From: a virus
Lineage: Duplodnaviria > Caudoviricetes
Direction: 5' to 3' (one strand)
Virus record (IMG/VR): IMGVR_UViG_3300014091_000001
Span: 1 to 64,000 of that record
Length of the DNA: 64,000 nucleotides
In this document: one piece after another, positions 19,801-29,119 of the stretch
How positions within the stretch are numbered: the stretch's first letter is position 1
How the letters are laid out: every line of letters begins with the position of its first letter
Translations under genes and position numbers: made by a program
The notes under the pieces: generated by a model
What the model saw: only the letters and a program-made list of their open reading frames with translations
Databases searched by the model: none
What the model was told of the DNA's origin: nothing

Positions 19801-19938
19801 CTACTTCTTAGGTTTGTACTTTTCCTGTAGCGCTTTATTCATTTCCAGCGCCCGCCATTCAGGCAAACTTTCCACATCACTTACAGGCTGGTAGCCGTAT
19901 AACGTCAGATTGTTAATAACTATTAACCAGCCATTCAT
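19801..19938 (-). CDS. 45-aa tail-assembly chaperone 'T'-like ORF missed by the ORF track
   Basis: MNGWLIVINNLTLYGYQPVSDVESLPEWRALEMNKALQEKYKPKK; overlaps the pmgB end in the +1 frame and fills the gap to sit. Confidence 0.65.
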   Translation of the reverse strand: MNGWLIVINNLTLYGYQPVSDVESLPEWRALEMNKALQEKYKPKK

Positions 19939-20731
19939 GCTTAAAACCGGGAATGAATGAGCCAGGCCGAAATGGGATCAGCAACCGCGTTGCTTTTCCC
20001 TCCCCGGTTTGACCGTCACAAGCGTGAGGTGGTAACAACAAAAGGACCTGGCCATCGGAAATGCTTACTTCAAGCCCATGTTTAAGCTCGCGTTGCATTA
20101 GCTGAATGTTGGCAACAAGAGGTGTGAATTCCGTGTCCGTTGCCATGGTTTTTATGATGTCAAATCGACGGTTAGCTGCTTGCTCGAAATCTTCAGGATC
20201 GTCGTCCAGGGCTGTATGTAATGCCAGCTCAGCAATGCGCATTTCAGTTTTTGCAGCGTTGTAATTCGGGCTTTCTTTCTCGGGCAAGGTGAAGCGGAGG
20301 CGTTCAAGCATTGTAATGCCTCGCCCATCAAGCGGTTTCAAGGTCCAGATCGTTTCTTTACCTTGCACCGGAACCATAACGCGGCGGTAAGGTTCTTCGG
20401 TGAGCATAGAAGTCGTTTCACTCAAATCACGCATGTCGAAATCGTAGAAATGAGTGGCGCCGCAAAACTGGCATTCGTAGGTAAAGGTACTGACGGTTTC
20501 TATGCGTGAATTAATGTATATCCACCATAGCGCCGTGCGTCTGTCTTGCGCGGTCCATAACGCGGAGTCGTGAACCGTACCGACTTGCATCGCGTTAAGG
20601 TATTCAGTTGAAGTGGCTTCCTCAAACGCCGGATCACTATCGCTGTAACGCATCGCATCGGCGACGGTCGGCATTCTGAATTTAATTTCTGTTCGCGGTC
20701 TGGAAGACAGCGGAAATGCGGGAATATGCAT
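19913..20731 (-). CDS. pmgB: PmgB-position tail assembly chaperone
   Basis: FPLSSRP...WTAQDRRTALWWI...C..CG..H.YD matches the P1 gene between sit and tub; start at 20731 fits the promoter at 20760. Confidence 0.75.
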   Translation of the reverse strand: MHIPAFPLSSRPRTEIKFRMPTVADAMRYSDSDPAFEEATSTEYLNAMQVGTVHDSALWTAQDRRTALWWIYINSRIETVSTFTYECQFCGATHFYDFDMRDLSETTSMLTEEPYRRVMVPVQGKETIWTLKPLDGRGITMLERLRFTLPEKESPNYNAAKTEMRIAELALHTALDDDPEDFEQAANRRFDIIKTMATDTEFTPLVANIQLMQRELKHGLEVSISDGQVLLLLPPHACDGQTGEGKATRLLIPFRPGSFIPGFKHEWLVNSY

Positions 20732-20759
20732 GTTTGCCCCCTGATTTATATCACCGGTC

Positions 20760-20780
20760 ACGTTAACTGGTTTGTAATTT
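20760..20780 (-). promoter_or_regulatory. Putative late promoter (pmgB-sit-baseplate operon)
   Basis: AAATTACAAA-CCAGT-TAACGT. Confidence 0.68.
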
Positions 20781-20829
20781 GCGGGGGCGTAGTGATTGTC
20801 AGGAAAAGCAGGCGTTACGTTTTTCTCTC

Positions 20830-20965
20830 GATATCGTCACATCGTCATATCGTCTTACTGTCTTACTGTCTTACTGTGTTACCGTATTACTTAACTACAG
20901 TATTATTGTCATACAGTATTACTGCATTTCAGTGTGACGATGTTACTGTATTGCAGTGGCACAAT
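20830..20965. repeat. Degenerate 8-bp repeat array A (candidate centromere)
   Basis: 17 units in strict 8-bp phase, consensus nnTACwGT (e.g. CTTACTGT x3). Confidence 0.85.
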
Positions 20966-20993
20966 ATGATTCTGCTACAGACGTACTTCCATA

Positions 20994-21692
20994 TTAGAAC
21001 TTGATAAAGCTTCCGGCGCCGGATGTAAGGCCAGAGGCAAGATTCCCAGCTATGCCTCTAACGCTGCGGTCAATCGACGTATAACGAACAAACGATAACG
21101 GGAAGGTTAAGAACTCTGACACCTGATCTCTGGAGCGTGTAATTTCACCCAGGGCCGTAGGGATCACTTGAGCCTCTTCCTTTAAACTGCGTTGGCCGTC
21201 CTGTGATACGTCATAAATCCGCACATTCAACAAATAAGATGGAGGCAGATTTAGCGTTCCGTCATTATTTATGACTCGCGCACTTCGTGCCTTAAACCAG
21301 TCATAAATGTCTGACTTTTCATTGTCCCTAACTGTCATGGTCAGATTGCCCGCCACTCGATGCGTAGGCTTGTTAAACTCACATCCACCAATAATTTTGG
21401 ACTCGGTTTCAATGTTTCCAAATCCATAAGTCATATCTTTGGCATACATATCAAGCCCAGGCATCCCGTCAGCTTCGACAGTCCACTGCCACCCCTGAGC
21501 GTAACGAATACGCATGGCGGCCTGTAGTATGGCTTTATTGCTTGATAGCTCCGCAGGCAAACCCTGAAACGAAACCGGCCCTCCACTCATGATGCTTGTC
21601 GCGCGTGACAGAATGTTGGATATGAGGTTGCTACCAACAGTTTTTACCGATACGCCGCTGGTTATACTGGCAAGCCCATCAAAGTAACCCAT
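20994..21692 (-). CDS. tub: Tub (tube-initiator/baseplate protein)
   Basis: YAQGWQWTVE...KDMTYG...IETESK tail-tube-like fold; lies between pmgB and pmgC. Confidence 0.7.
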   Translation of the reverse strand: MGYFDGLASITSGVSVKTVGSNLISNILSRATSIMSGGPVSFQGLPAELSSNKAILQAAMRIRYAQGWQWTVEADGMPGLDMYAKDMTYGFGNIETESKIIGGCEFNKPTHRVAGNLTMTVRDNEKSDIYDWFKARSARVINNDGTLNLPPSYLLNVRIYDVSQDGQRSLKEEAQVIPTALGEITRSRDQVSEFLTFPLSFVRYTSIDRSVRGIAGNLASGLTSGAGSFIKF

Positions 21693-21703
21693 TTAAACCT
21701 CGC

Positions 21704-21823
21704 ATTACTGTATTACAATCATACAATCATACAATCATACAATCGTACAATCGTACAATCGTACAATCGTACAATCGTACAATATTAACAAATTACAGTA
21801 TTACTGTATCTTTGTAATACTGT
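21704..21823. repeat. Degenerate 8-bp repeat array B (candidate centromere), including perfect tandem CATACAAT x3 and CGTACAAT x5
   Basis: 15 units in 8-bp phase, same consensus as array A. Confidence 0.9.
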
Positions 21824-21850
21824 ATTCTGCCTTGAAGGATTGAACGCCCA

Positions 21851-22402
21851 TCATGCAATTGTTGCTATAGGGATTATTGCTCTGTTAGCCGCCATCTTTT
21901 CTTCAAGGTCTGTTTTACGCTGCATCAAAGTCATTTCATCGGCCAGCCCGGATGTATCAAGCTTTCCGGCGACATACGCACGTCTTAAACGCTCAGTGTT
22001 CGGTATGTTTATCAGCGCCTCAAGGTAGTCTTCAAGCGCACTGATTATGGAAGGTGGTATTTGCCACTCATCAATATTACGGTCGCGTAGATTTATGAAA
22101 TACAGCATTGTTAGAGGGAATCGTTCGTCACCCGTCAGGTCAAGGTCGATAGAGTCAGGGAAGGGATCGGAATATACGAGCGTCCCCTTGCCATCAGTAA
22201 CATGGATCAGGGACAGATAATCTTCGGGATAAAGAAGGTTAACGCCATGCGACTTCTCGATACGCACACGCGAGATAACGCCAGCTCGGTCCTGATAGGT
22301 TGCCAGCGTCTGCGTTAGCAACGCTTTAAGCGTCACATCGTCGTCCACCAGCAGCGAGGTAAATCGCTTCTTAACGCTTTCCAGTAATTGTGCTGGCGTC
22401 AT
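21851..22402 (-). CDS. pmgC: PmgC head-tail adaptor
   Basis: MTP..LL..VKKRF..LLV...TYQDRAGV matches P1 PmgC. Confidence 0.8.
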   Translation of the reverse strand: MTPAQLLESVKKRFTSLLVDDDVTLKALLTQTLATYQDRAGVISRVRIEKSHGVNLLYPEDYLSLIHVTDGKGTLVYSDPFPDSIDLDLTGDERFPLTMLYFINLRDRNIDEWQIPPSIISALEDYLEALINIPNTERLRRAYVAGKLDTSGLADEMTLMQRKTDLEEKMAANRAIIPIATIA

Positions 22403-22406
22403 TTCC

Positions 22407-22898
22407 TTACTCCGCCCAGTTATAAACGATACGAAGCGTAGGACGAACTACAGTGGTCACGTCCTCGCTGCCGAAATCAATAGCATCTGAGTAAACCTTG
22501 CAGTGCAAAAAATTGCGCTTGAGGCCTGCGTCACTGCCACTGTTAGATTCAGCGGTAGCCTGAAATTCGATATCCACATATTCTTTGCCATAAACCATTT
22601 GGCGAACGGCCTGAAACACATCGCCTTTAATGGTCTCCGCGCATGTAACCTGAAATTCACCAGAGTTACGAATCGGACCGTGCTGGTTAAATTTCATTCC
22701 GCCCGGAGCGAAGTCTTCAACATCTTCGCGGGTCATTTCCGGGATTTGAGTTGTTCGCACCAGGATAGACAGGTGTTCATAACCCTTAATACGCATCCAG
22801 AACTCAGCACTGACAAGCTTTTCACCAGCAGCAATACTCTGATTCAGGCGTTTTTTCAGAAAGCCCACATCGGCTTTGGTATTGGAAAATCCAGACAT
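22407..22898 (-). CDS. bplB: Tail tube protein BplB
   Basis: VRTTQIPEMTREDVED...KFNQHGPIRNSGE...RIVYNW matches P1 BplB. Confidence 0.9.
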   Translation of the reverse strand: MSGFSNTKADVGFLKKRLNQSIAAGEKLVSAEFWMRIKGYEHLSILVRTTQIPEMTREDVEDFAPGGMKFNQHGPIRNSGEFQVTCAETIKGDVFQAVRQMVYGKEYVDIEFQATAESNSGSDAGLKRNFLHCKVYSDAIDFGSEDVTTVVRPTLRIVYNWAE

Positions 22899-22942
22899 AT
22901 AAACCCCTCAGTTATCAAGACAGCAGTTTCTGCCCGAAGGGT

Positions 22943-22963
22943 AGGGTAGGGGGTTTGTGATTT
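22943..22963 (-). promoter_or_regulatory. Putative late promoter (bplB)
   Basis: AAATCACAAA-CCCCC-TACCCT. Confidence 0.7.
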
Positions 22964-22974
22964 GCGTATGAGGT

Positions 22975-23607
22975 TCAAATGAACATGTAGGGGATATCCG
23001 ACTGGTTTTGTACGGCCATACCGGAGCACTGGAGCGTTACGGTGTTGTGGGTGAAATACCCCTCCGATGTTCGAGGTACATCAAGCTGATAACTTACATG
23101 CTGAATTACCACGTCCATAAGTTTTAAACGCCGTCCTATATCAAGCACAACAGGCGTGGGGCGGCGACCGGGTGCTGCGATAGCTTTGAGCTCCGGGGAG
23201 GCCATTTGTAATAATGTTGAAATGGCCGCGTTGACTTCAATCTGAGCATTGGAAGTGGCAAGCAGATCTATAACCAAATTAAAAGTTGGCGGTTGTTGAC
23301 CTTCCCAAATTAACAGGCTGTTAAAAGTGGTCTTTGATGTACTACCGGTTGCGGCCTGGACAGTATCGCCAACTTTTCCTGCAGCACTACTTACTGCACC
23401 GGCCATGCCGCCAAGACTGTCATTACCAAAAGGCGACTCCCACATAGCCTGTAAATCGAAACTACTACCTTGTCCGATATAGCCTACAACCATATGGGCT
23501 GGTGAAGTGATATAGCACTTGAGAAACGGACTGATACCGTCCGGCATGATAGCGCCACAAATCATGTGGGAGACTCCTTCAGAAGCCACCAGCTGAGCTG
23601 GTGGCAT
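22975..23607 (-). CDS. pmgG: PmgG baseplate/tube-initiator protein
   Basis: DGISPFLK...GYIGQG...WESPF...SPELK...IGRR matches P1 PmgG. Confidence 0.85.
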   Translation of the reverse strand: MPPAQLVASEGVSHMICGAIMPDGISPFLKCYITSPAHMVVGYIGQGSSFDLQAMWESPFGNDSLGGMAGAVSSAAGKVGDTVQAATGSTSKTTFNSLLIWEGQQPPTFNLVIDLLATSNAQIEVNAAISTLLQMASPELKAIAAPGRRPTPVVLDIGRRLKLMDVVIQHVSYQLDVPRTSEGYFTHNTVTLQCSGMAVQNQSDIPYMFI

Positions 23608-23613
23608 TCGAGA

Positions 23614-24315
23614 TTACAATCCGCGTTTTTTACGGATCTTTAAAGATTTAAGCCGGTGAAGTTTAGCCGTTGACGTTTGCGCTTTGCGGCGGGCTTTTTT
23701 TAACGCCGCTTTTTGTTTGGATGTGCGACGAACTTTGCGGATACGTTTACGAATAAGGGTGACTTTACCGCCGCGCACAACACGGATTTTCGGCGCTTCA
23801 AACAACGCGTCTTCATCATCCCCTGCAATGGTGTATTGGCTGATCGCATCATCTTCATCATCGACGTCATTCAAAGCGTCATACACGGCGCTTGCCGCAT
23901 CATCATCTTCATCGTCAATCATGCTGGTAACGTCGTCCTGGCTGGCGCCCATCGAAATAGCGGCATATGCCAGGTCAGAGAGAGCGTCGTTGTATGCATC
24001 GACTTGTTCGTCTGTGTATTCAGCGTCTTCGTCCAAATCATCCAGATCGGCTAAGGAGATAGCCAGGGCGCTGAAGTCTGCCCAGGTTGGCTCACCATCA
24101 GTCGCCCACTCCAGTAAAAGAGAGGCCGCCAAACCACGACGGTCTTCTTTAACACGGCGATCGAGCGCTTCAAACATCGCCATTTCTTTGTCTTCTGCAC
24201 CTTGCCCACGCTTACGAGCACTTTCCAACATAGCGTCGGCCGCTTGCGTTTCCGCTTCCGGCGCAAAGGCTGCTTTAATTAATGGGTTATACCGCATGTT
24301 ATTTTTATTAATCAT
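23614..24315 (-). CDS. 21: gp21 (acidic core, very basic C-terminus)
   Basis: D/E-rich middle and VVRGGKVTLIRKR...ALKKARRKAQT C-terminus as in P1 gp21. Confidence 0.85.
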   Translation of the reverse strand: MINKNNMRYNPLIKAAFAPEAETQAADAMLESARKRGQGAEDKEMAMFEALDRRVKEDRRGLAASLLLEWATDGEPTWADFSALAISLADLDDLDEDAEYTDEQVDAYNDALSDLAYAAISMGASQDDVTSMIDDEDDDAASAVYDALNDVDDEDDAISQYTIAGDDEDALFEAPKIRVVRGGKVTLIRKRIRKVRRTSKQKAALKKARRKAQTSTAKLHRLKSLKIRKKRGL

Positions 24316-24326
24316 GATATTTTCTC

Positions 24327-25907
24327 TTAACGGAACAGCATAGGTTTACCGACAATGCGTCGAGATGAACCGGTAGGACATACCGCCCAATCCAATGCCC
24401 ACAGATCAATGTCTTTCTGCGTAAGGCTCAAACGGAATGGTTCTTCGCCCTGAGAAGCGTCGCGCGGTTTGACCAAAGCATTTGCCGCTGAGAAACGTTC
24501 CAGAAGATCGGTCATACCTTCCATCAGGGTTGTATAAGTAACGCCGTCCGGCTCATGTTTGGCTTCTTGAGCAATCTGGTAGAAACCACGCGCAATAGCA
24601 TTCATCAAAGAGCTGATATGCTGCAGCCGCAGATGGTTGTTTTTCGCGTAGGTGGTTAGCGAATCGTCAATGAAAACATCTCCCTGGTCATTTACTGCGA
24701 CAGGGTTGATACGCGCCGTAGCAAAGGATTCCAGATCAATTTCATCGAGATTAGGAATTGGCTCAATGTTTTGACGGCTGATAATGCCGCGTGAAACGCC
24801 TGCAGGGGAGTAGTGCCACCCGCCAACATCCGACACCATGGCAACACCTTTCGCTTTCGCCACAAATGCTTCACAAGAAATCCCGTAACAGACTGAAACG
24901 CCGGAGAATTCATCGCGGCAATAGTAAGGGAAGTAATAACGTGCTGGCTGGTGAGAACCGCCAAAGCCATGGGCTTTAGCTTCATCAACGGCCTGCGTTG
25001 AGAGTTGCGCGCCTTTCAGGTCGTAAAACATATCAACACGTATATTTTCAGCGTATTGAACAAGCGCAGCTAATACGGTTGAGTCGTAACAGCCCAGCGA
25101 CAGTAAGGCTGTGAAGCTTACCGTCGATTTTTTCAACACCGACAGCGCAGTGATATAATCAGCTGCTTTCACCTGATTAAAATCACCGTCGCTACCGCCT
25201 ACAAAGGCCGCATTTTTTACTTCAATAGTCGTTGCCTGCGCTATTTGCTCCTGAGCATCATCACTCACCAGGGCTCGTAAACGCTTAGAACCATTTTCCA
25301 GAGCTGTAGCCAGAAAACCCGGATTACCCATATCCGAACGAGCTTCGAGGCCAAAGGAGACTTGATGTGATTCGAGGATCGCTACAGTACCGGCCTCGTC
25401 GGTTTCAGTTAACGAAAGGATGAGGAAACCATCCGCGCTTTCATCTTTGGTAAGCGTTAACGCGCGGTTGGTGGATGCATCGCCATCATCAATATAAATC
25501 ATGGCCAGTGCATCCACGGGCAGAACCGGCACGGCGCCCGCATTAAAATTAGTACCGCTCGCTTCAACCGCTTTTGCCTCAGCATTAACAGTCAAAACGA
25601 TGGCCGGAATTTTCATTCCCGGCGCGGGTACGCGCACGACGTAGCCATTGCCGCCTTTAGTCGCACGATCAACGTGGCGTAATGGCTCGAATGCCGCCCC
25701 TTGACGCGGATGGATCGCTTTGCCTAATACCGATTGATAATTATCAGCGTTAACAAATAAAACCTTTCCGATCTTCCCACGGCGGCTTAGTACCAGGCCT
25801 GCGAAAGCGGATGCGCCACCAGTCGCGACCGATGCGGTTGCATCAGCATTGACAGGCATAATAGCAGTGCCGGATGCCTGCCCAACAGCAAAAGGAATTT
25901 GTTTCAT
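24327..25907 (-). CDS. 22: Tail sheath protein gp22
   Basis: GGWHYSPAGVSRG...ARINPV...FIDDSLT...LRLQHISSLMN sheath motifs. Confidence 0.9.
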   Translation of the reverse strand: MKQIPFAVGQASGTAIMPVNADATASVATGGASAFAGLVLSRRGKIGKVLFVNADNYQSVLGKAIHPRQGAAFEPLRHVDRATKGGNGYVVRVPAPGMKIPAIVLTVNAEAKAVEASGTNFNAGAVPVLPVDALAMIYIDDGDASTNRALTLTKDESADGFLILSLTETDEAGTVAILESHQVSFGLEARSDMGNPGFLATALENGSKRLRALVSDDAQEQIAQATTIEVKNAAFVGGSDGDFNQVKAADYITALSVLKKSTVSFTALLSLGCYDSTVLAALVQYAENIRVDMFYDLKGAQLSTQAVDEAKAHGFGGSHQPARYYFPYYCRDEFSGVSVCYGISCEAFVAKAKGVAMVSDVGGWHYSPAGVSRGIISRQNIEPIPNLDEIDLESFATARINPVAVNDQGDVFIDDSLTTYAKNNHLRLQHISSLMNAIARGFYQIAQEAKHEPDGVTYTTLMEGMTDLLERFSAANALVKPRDASQGEEPFRLSLTQKDIDLWALDWAVCPTGSSRRIVGKPMLFR

Positions 25908-25949
25908 AACAGTAAATCCTTAAAGGCGTCCCGAAGGACGCCATTATTT

Positions 25950-27704
25950 TTATTTGGTTGTTACGGTCTGCTGCGCTACCGGAGCGTTGGCGTCGTCAGC
26001 CGGTGCGCCCTGAATTTTGAGGCCACTCTGCACGTCGTAAGCGCCAACTTTTTTGTTGGTAAGCTTGAGTTTGCAGAAATAGTTTTCACCGGAACGCGGA
26101 TGCATTTCGTTCAGCGCGGAACCCCATAGCGTCGTGCGGTTGATCAACGATGGGTTAGTTTCATGAACGTAAGGGATAGCCGGTACCGCATCACCTGAAA
26201 CCAGGCCAGCTTCACCGATTTGCTCACCACGTCCGTAGAACAGAATATCGCTACGCCCAAAATTGCAACCATCGTTAGTAAATTGATCGCAAACCATGTT
26301 CGGCACTTCATAGATACGATAAATACCAAACAGCATGCCGATATACTGGATATACGGCGTCTGCACATAGTCAGGGTCCATCACAAAGTATTGAGGCGGC
26401 AGAGACTTAATGAAGTTGGCTGCGTCGCCACCAGCGTAGCCACCACGAATACCGACTTTACGAGTCAGGTTAACCATCTCGGTGCTGAGTTCGCTTAAAC
26501 GATGGCGGATCATGCCTACCCATGATTCGTATTGCTGGGCTTCAGGTAACGCCACGTCGAATTCGGAGTCGCGAACACAATGGAATGCCATGATACGAAG
26601 GCGCATCATGTCCTGCTCATGACTCAGCCAGTTACGCATGGCAGTAAACTGGATAGAGGCCATATTCAGACCAAACTCACGGCTGGCGTCTGACGCGGAC
26701 ATGACGGAATGCTCTGACGCGATCACATATTGAGATGGCGACATAGAGTATTTACGCATTGTCTGGTTGATAACCGGGATCAACTCGGGCGCTTTTTCGA
26801 TATTGATTTCACACTGCGCACAGAGTTCGGTACCTGCAGCCGGTCCTTCAGTGAACACAACACTAATGGTGCCAGTGTCATAGTCCACCTTACAGGTGGC
26901 TGCAAATGCGTTGCCGTTCGCATCTTTATCGTTGAAGTACAGGTTGCCATCACCATCGTCCACTTTGGACATACGACGGTTAATTAACAGCTTGGTGCGG
27001 CCAGCCTTAATAGGCATGTTCTTGCCTTCCAAATCAGCGATTTTGAAGGTGAACGTTTTCTTGGAACCATCAGGCTGCGCGTTTTTCGGGAAAATATAAA
27101 AACGCTTGAGTTGGGCGTAACTGCCTGCACGTTGCATGTGCAACTCGTCGCCCTTTTTGAAGGAGCCAAACTCAGTGCCAGCGATATTGATCAGTTCATA
27201 CACTTCGGCAAGGTCGCGGTCGCAAGGCACAAACGTACATGCATCGCTGGTGGCTGCACCCAAAGAAACCGGCAGAATCAACGCAACATATTGCGCCATG
27301 CGCATAATGCCGTCAGAGGTGCTCATGTCCGAAGCTACAGATTCAAACATGGCGCGGCCATTGCCTTCATGTTTTTCGCGGGCCGCTTCCAGCATCAGGT
27401 TTTCAGTGCAGCGCTGGGCGTTTGCCAGAACGTCCGCAGGCGGCAGACAACCGTTACGACGTTCATAGTCGATCATCGCAGAGGTCCAGCCTGCAGCGAC
27501 GGCACGAACAAAACGGCGATCCACATTTTCAAACATTGGGTCTTTCATAGCGCAATCGGTAGCGATTGCCGCCAGCTCATTCTGATCAGTGATCAGAGTT
27601 CCGTTCCCATTACGTTGAATATCTACAGTAAAAGCCATTACTCGTGCGGCGCGGTTGTTAATGTCTTCAATGCGCGCGCGGGCAGGCGCAATATCTTTGC
27701 TCAC
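25950..27704 (-). CDS. 23: Major capsid protein gp23
   Basis: 584 aa; ILPVSLGAATSDAC, EINIEKAPELIP, GDAVPAIPYVH; P1 gene-23 position. Confidence 0.9.
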   Translation of the reverse strand: MSKDIAPARARIEDINNRAARVMAFTVDIQRNGNGTLITDQNELAAIATDCAMKDPMFENVDRRFVRAVAAGWTSAMIDYERRNGCLPPADVLANAQRCTENLMLEAAREKHEGNGRAMFESVASDMSTSDGIMRMAQYVALILPVSLGAATSDACTFVPCDRDLAEVYELINIAGTEFGSFKKGDELHMQRAGSYAQLKRFYIFPKNAQPDGSKKTFTFKIADLEGKNMPIKAGRTKLLINRRMSKVDDGDGNLYFNDKDANGNAFAATCKVDYDTGTISVVFTEGPAAGTELCAQCEINIEKAPELIPVINQTMRKYSMSPSQYVIASEHSVMSASDASREFGLNMASIQFTAMRNWLSHEQDMMRLRIMAFHCVRDSEFDVALPEAQQYESWVGMIRHRLSELSTEMVNLTRKVGIRGGYAGGDAANFIKSLPPQYFVMDPDYVQTPYIQYIGMLFGIYRIYEVPNMVCDQFTNDGCNFGRSDILFYGRGEQIGEAGLVSGDAVPAIPYVHETNPSLINRTTLWGSALNEMHPRSGENYFCKLKLTNKKVGAYDVQSGLKIQGAPADDANAPVAQQTVTTK

Positions 27705-27808
27705 AGTTCAGCCCCTATTCGGGCGCGGTGCGAGGTTACTTTTGACTCTTACAGTAAATCCACTTTGTACTTTGCAAAGTTAAAAATTATAGAATTTTTA
27801 TTTATACG

Positions 27809-27818
27809 CCTTAGAATT
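27809..27818. promoter_or_regulatory. Putative C1-type operator
   Basis: CCTTAGAATT in the AT-rich intergenic region before the 27858 gene; motif recurs at other early promoters. Confidence 0.5.
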
Positions 27819-27857
27819 AATATTATTTTAGTGTGACTTATTCACTTGGAGAATTAC

Positions 27858-28256
27858 ATGTCATACGAGGTGTTTTACCGGTACCCGGGCGGCGGAAACA
27901 GCCATTATCTGAAAACAGCGTCGCGTCGTATTGCGCATTCGCATTTGCTGGACATTCTTGATGAGGATGAGGTTAGAAGCCTTGCCTCGCATGTCGTAGT
28001 GCATTACGGTGGAAGGCCTATTCTTGACGCGCCAGCCTCATTGGATAGCGACAGTATTTTGCAGTCTGTAGACTATCCCCGCATTGGTCCTCCGCGACGC
28101 ATTCAGAATCCGGTCACGCTTGCAGTCTATATTCCGAAAAAAGCTGCAGATTTCATTCGTGCCCGGGGGAACGGTTCACCTTCCGAAGGCCTGAAACGCA
28201 TTCTTATGGAAGTAGGTGGCGATGAGATAGCGCGATGCTACCGGAGCGGGGAATAA
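27858..28256 (+). CDS. Hypothetical protein, C-terminal ribbon-helix-helix-like region
   Basis: SD GGAG; C-terminal LAVYIPKKAADFIRARGNGSPSEGLKRIL. Confidence 0.6.
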   Translation: MSYEVFYRYPGGGNSHYLKTASRRIAHSHLLDILDEDEVRSLASHVVVHYGGRPILDAPASLDSDSILQSVDYPRIGPPRRIQNPVTLAVYIPKKAADFIRARGNGSPSEGLKRILMEVGGDEIARCYRSGE

Positions 28257-28261
28257 GGCAT

Positions 28262-28561
28262 ATGTCCAGAACAGAGTATGAACGGCATAGTGTAGAGCGT
28301 AAATTGCGACTGCAATACATTGAGGCGATGTATGTGGTTACAGGCTCGATAAAACGTGAGGATATCTGTTACATGTTTTCCGTGGCGGAAGCTTGCGCAT
28401 CGAGAGATATGCGACGTTACCACCAGCTGAACAAAGATACTTATCTCAATCACCGGAACAAAACATGGACCGTATGTGATGATTTCAAACCGGTTGCAGG
28501 GTTGTTGCACATGCCTCACCTTGAATTCATAAAAACTCTAAAATATCTTTTAAATCAATAA
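28262..28561 (+). CDS. Stand-alone winged-HTH resembling the N-terminal domain of WYL regulators (CapW/BrxR-like)
   Basis: RLQYIE...G.I.REDIC.MF.V....ASRD.RRY pattern; no WYL domain follows. Confidence 0.6.
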   Translation: MSRTEYERHSVERKLRLQYIEAMYVVTGSIKREDICYMFSVAEACASRDMRRYHQLNKDTYLNHRNKTWTVCDDFKPVAGLLHMPHLEFIKTLKYLLNQ

Positions 28562-28651
28562 GTCATTCCGGGGCTGGCGAACATTTACGCCAGCTTAGGA
28601 CGTATTCGACTTAGCTGCAAAATCTAGTCACATAACCTTACATCCTCTATA

Positions 28652-28667
28652 CTGTATTTTTATACAG
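28652..28667. promoter_or_regulatory. LexA (SOS) box
   Basis: CTGTATTTTTATACAG (CTG-N10-CAG) just upstream of umuD. Confidence 0.9.
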
Positions 28668-28693
28668 TATTAAATCATTTGGATGTGATGCTT

Positions 28694-29119
28694 ATGTTAC
28701 TGATAAATACAAAAAACAATCCTGAGCGCCTTTCAATCCCTCTTTTTCTTGAGCGGTGTGCCGCTGGTTTCCCGAGCCCCGCGCAGGACTATGTGGAGGC
28801 TGAACTTGATTTAAACGAATATTGCATTCGACACCCGGCAGCTACTTTTTTTGTTCGCGCTAGTGGCAACAGCATGAATGATTTAGGCCTTAAAGACGGC
28901 GATCTCCTTGTTGTTGATCGTTCACTGAGGCCGGAACACGGTGATATCGTCATTGCAGAGGTTGACGGTGGATTTACCGTTAAGCAATTACTAACCCGGC
29001 CAACACTTGCTCTGCAGCCCATGAACCCCGCTTATTCCGTAATTTATCCAGACCCGGATACCCTTTTCATTTTTGGCGTAGTGACTCATTTCGTACACAC
29101 AACCAGGGGAAAAGCCTGA
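28694..29119 (+). CDS. umuD: DNA polymerase V subunit UmuD
   Basis: [12 protein letters not shown] cleavage site, RASGNSM (Ser) and FTVKQL (Lys). Confidence 0.95.
   Translation: MLLINTKNNPERLSIPLFLERCAAGFPSPAQDYVEAELDLNEYCIRHPAATFFVRASGNSMNDLGLKDGDLLVVDRSLRPEHGDIVIAEVDGGFTVKQLLTRPTLALQPMNPAYSVIYPDPDTLFIFGVVTHFVHTTRGKA

Noticed and set aside
19813-19822. AAAGTACAAA late-promoter-like 10-mer just before sit
   Set aside because: No TAnnnT at the conserved 5-nt spacing, and it lies within coding sequence.
21794-21807. CAGTATTACTG and similar TACTGTA words as SOS boxes
   Set aside because: Orientation and spacing are not CTG-N10-CAG; they belong to the 8-bp arrays. Only 28652-28667 fits LexA.
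20830-21823. 8-bp repeat arrays as a CRISPR array
   Set aside because: The units are 8-bp contiguous degenerate repeats with no unique spacers and no cas genes.
23684-24343. 219-aa plus-strand Ser-rich ORF
   Set aside because: Antisense shadow of the acidic gp21 gene.
27111-27836. 241-aa plus-strand ORF
   Set aside because: Antisense shadow of the major capsid gene; no recognisable motifs.
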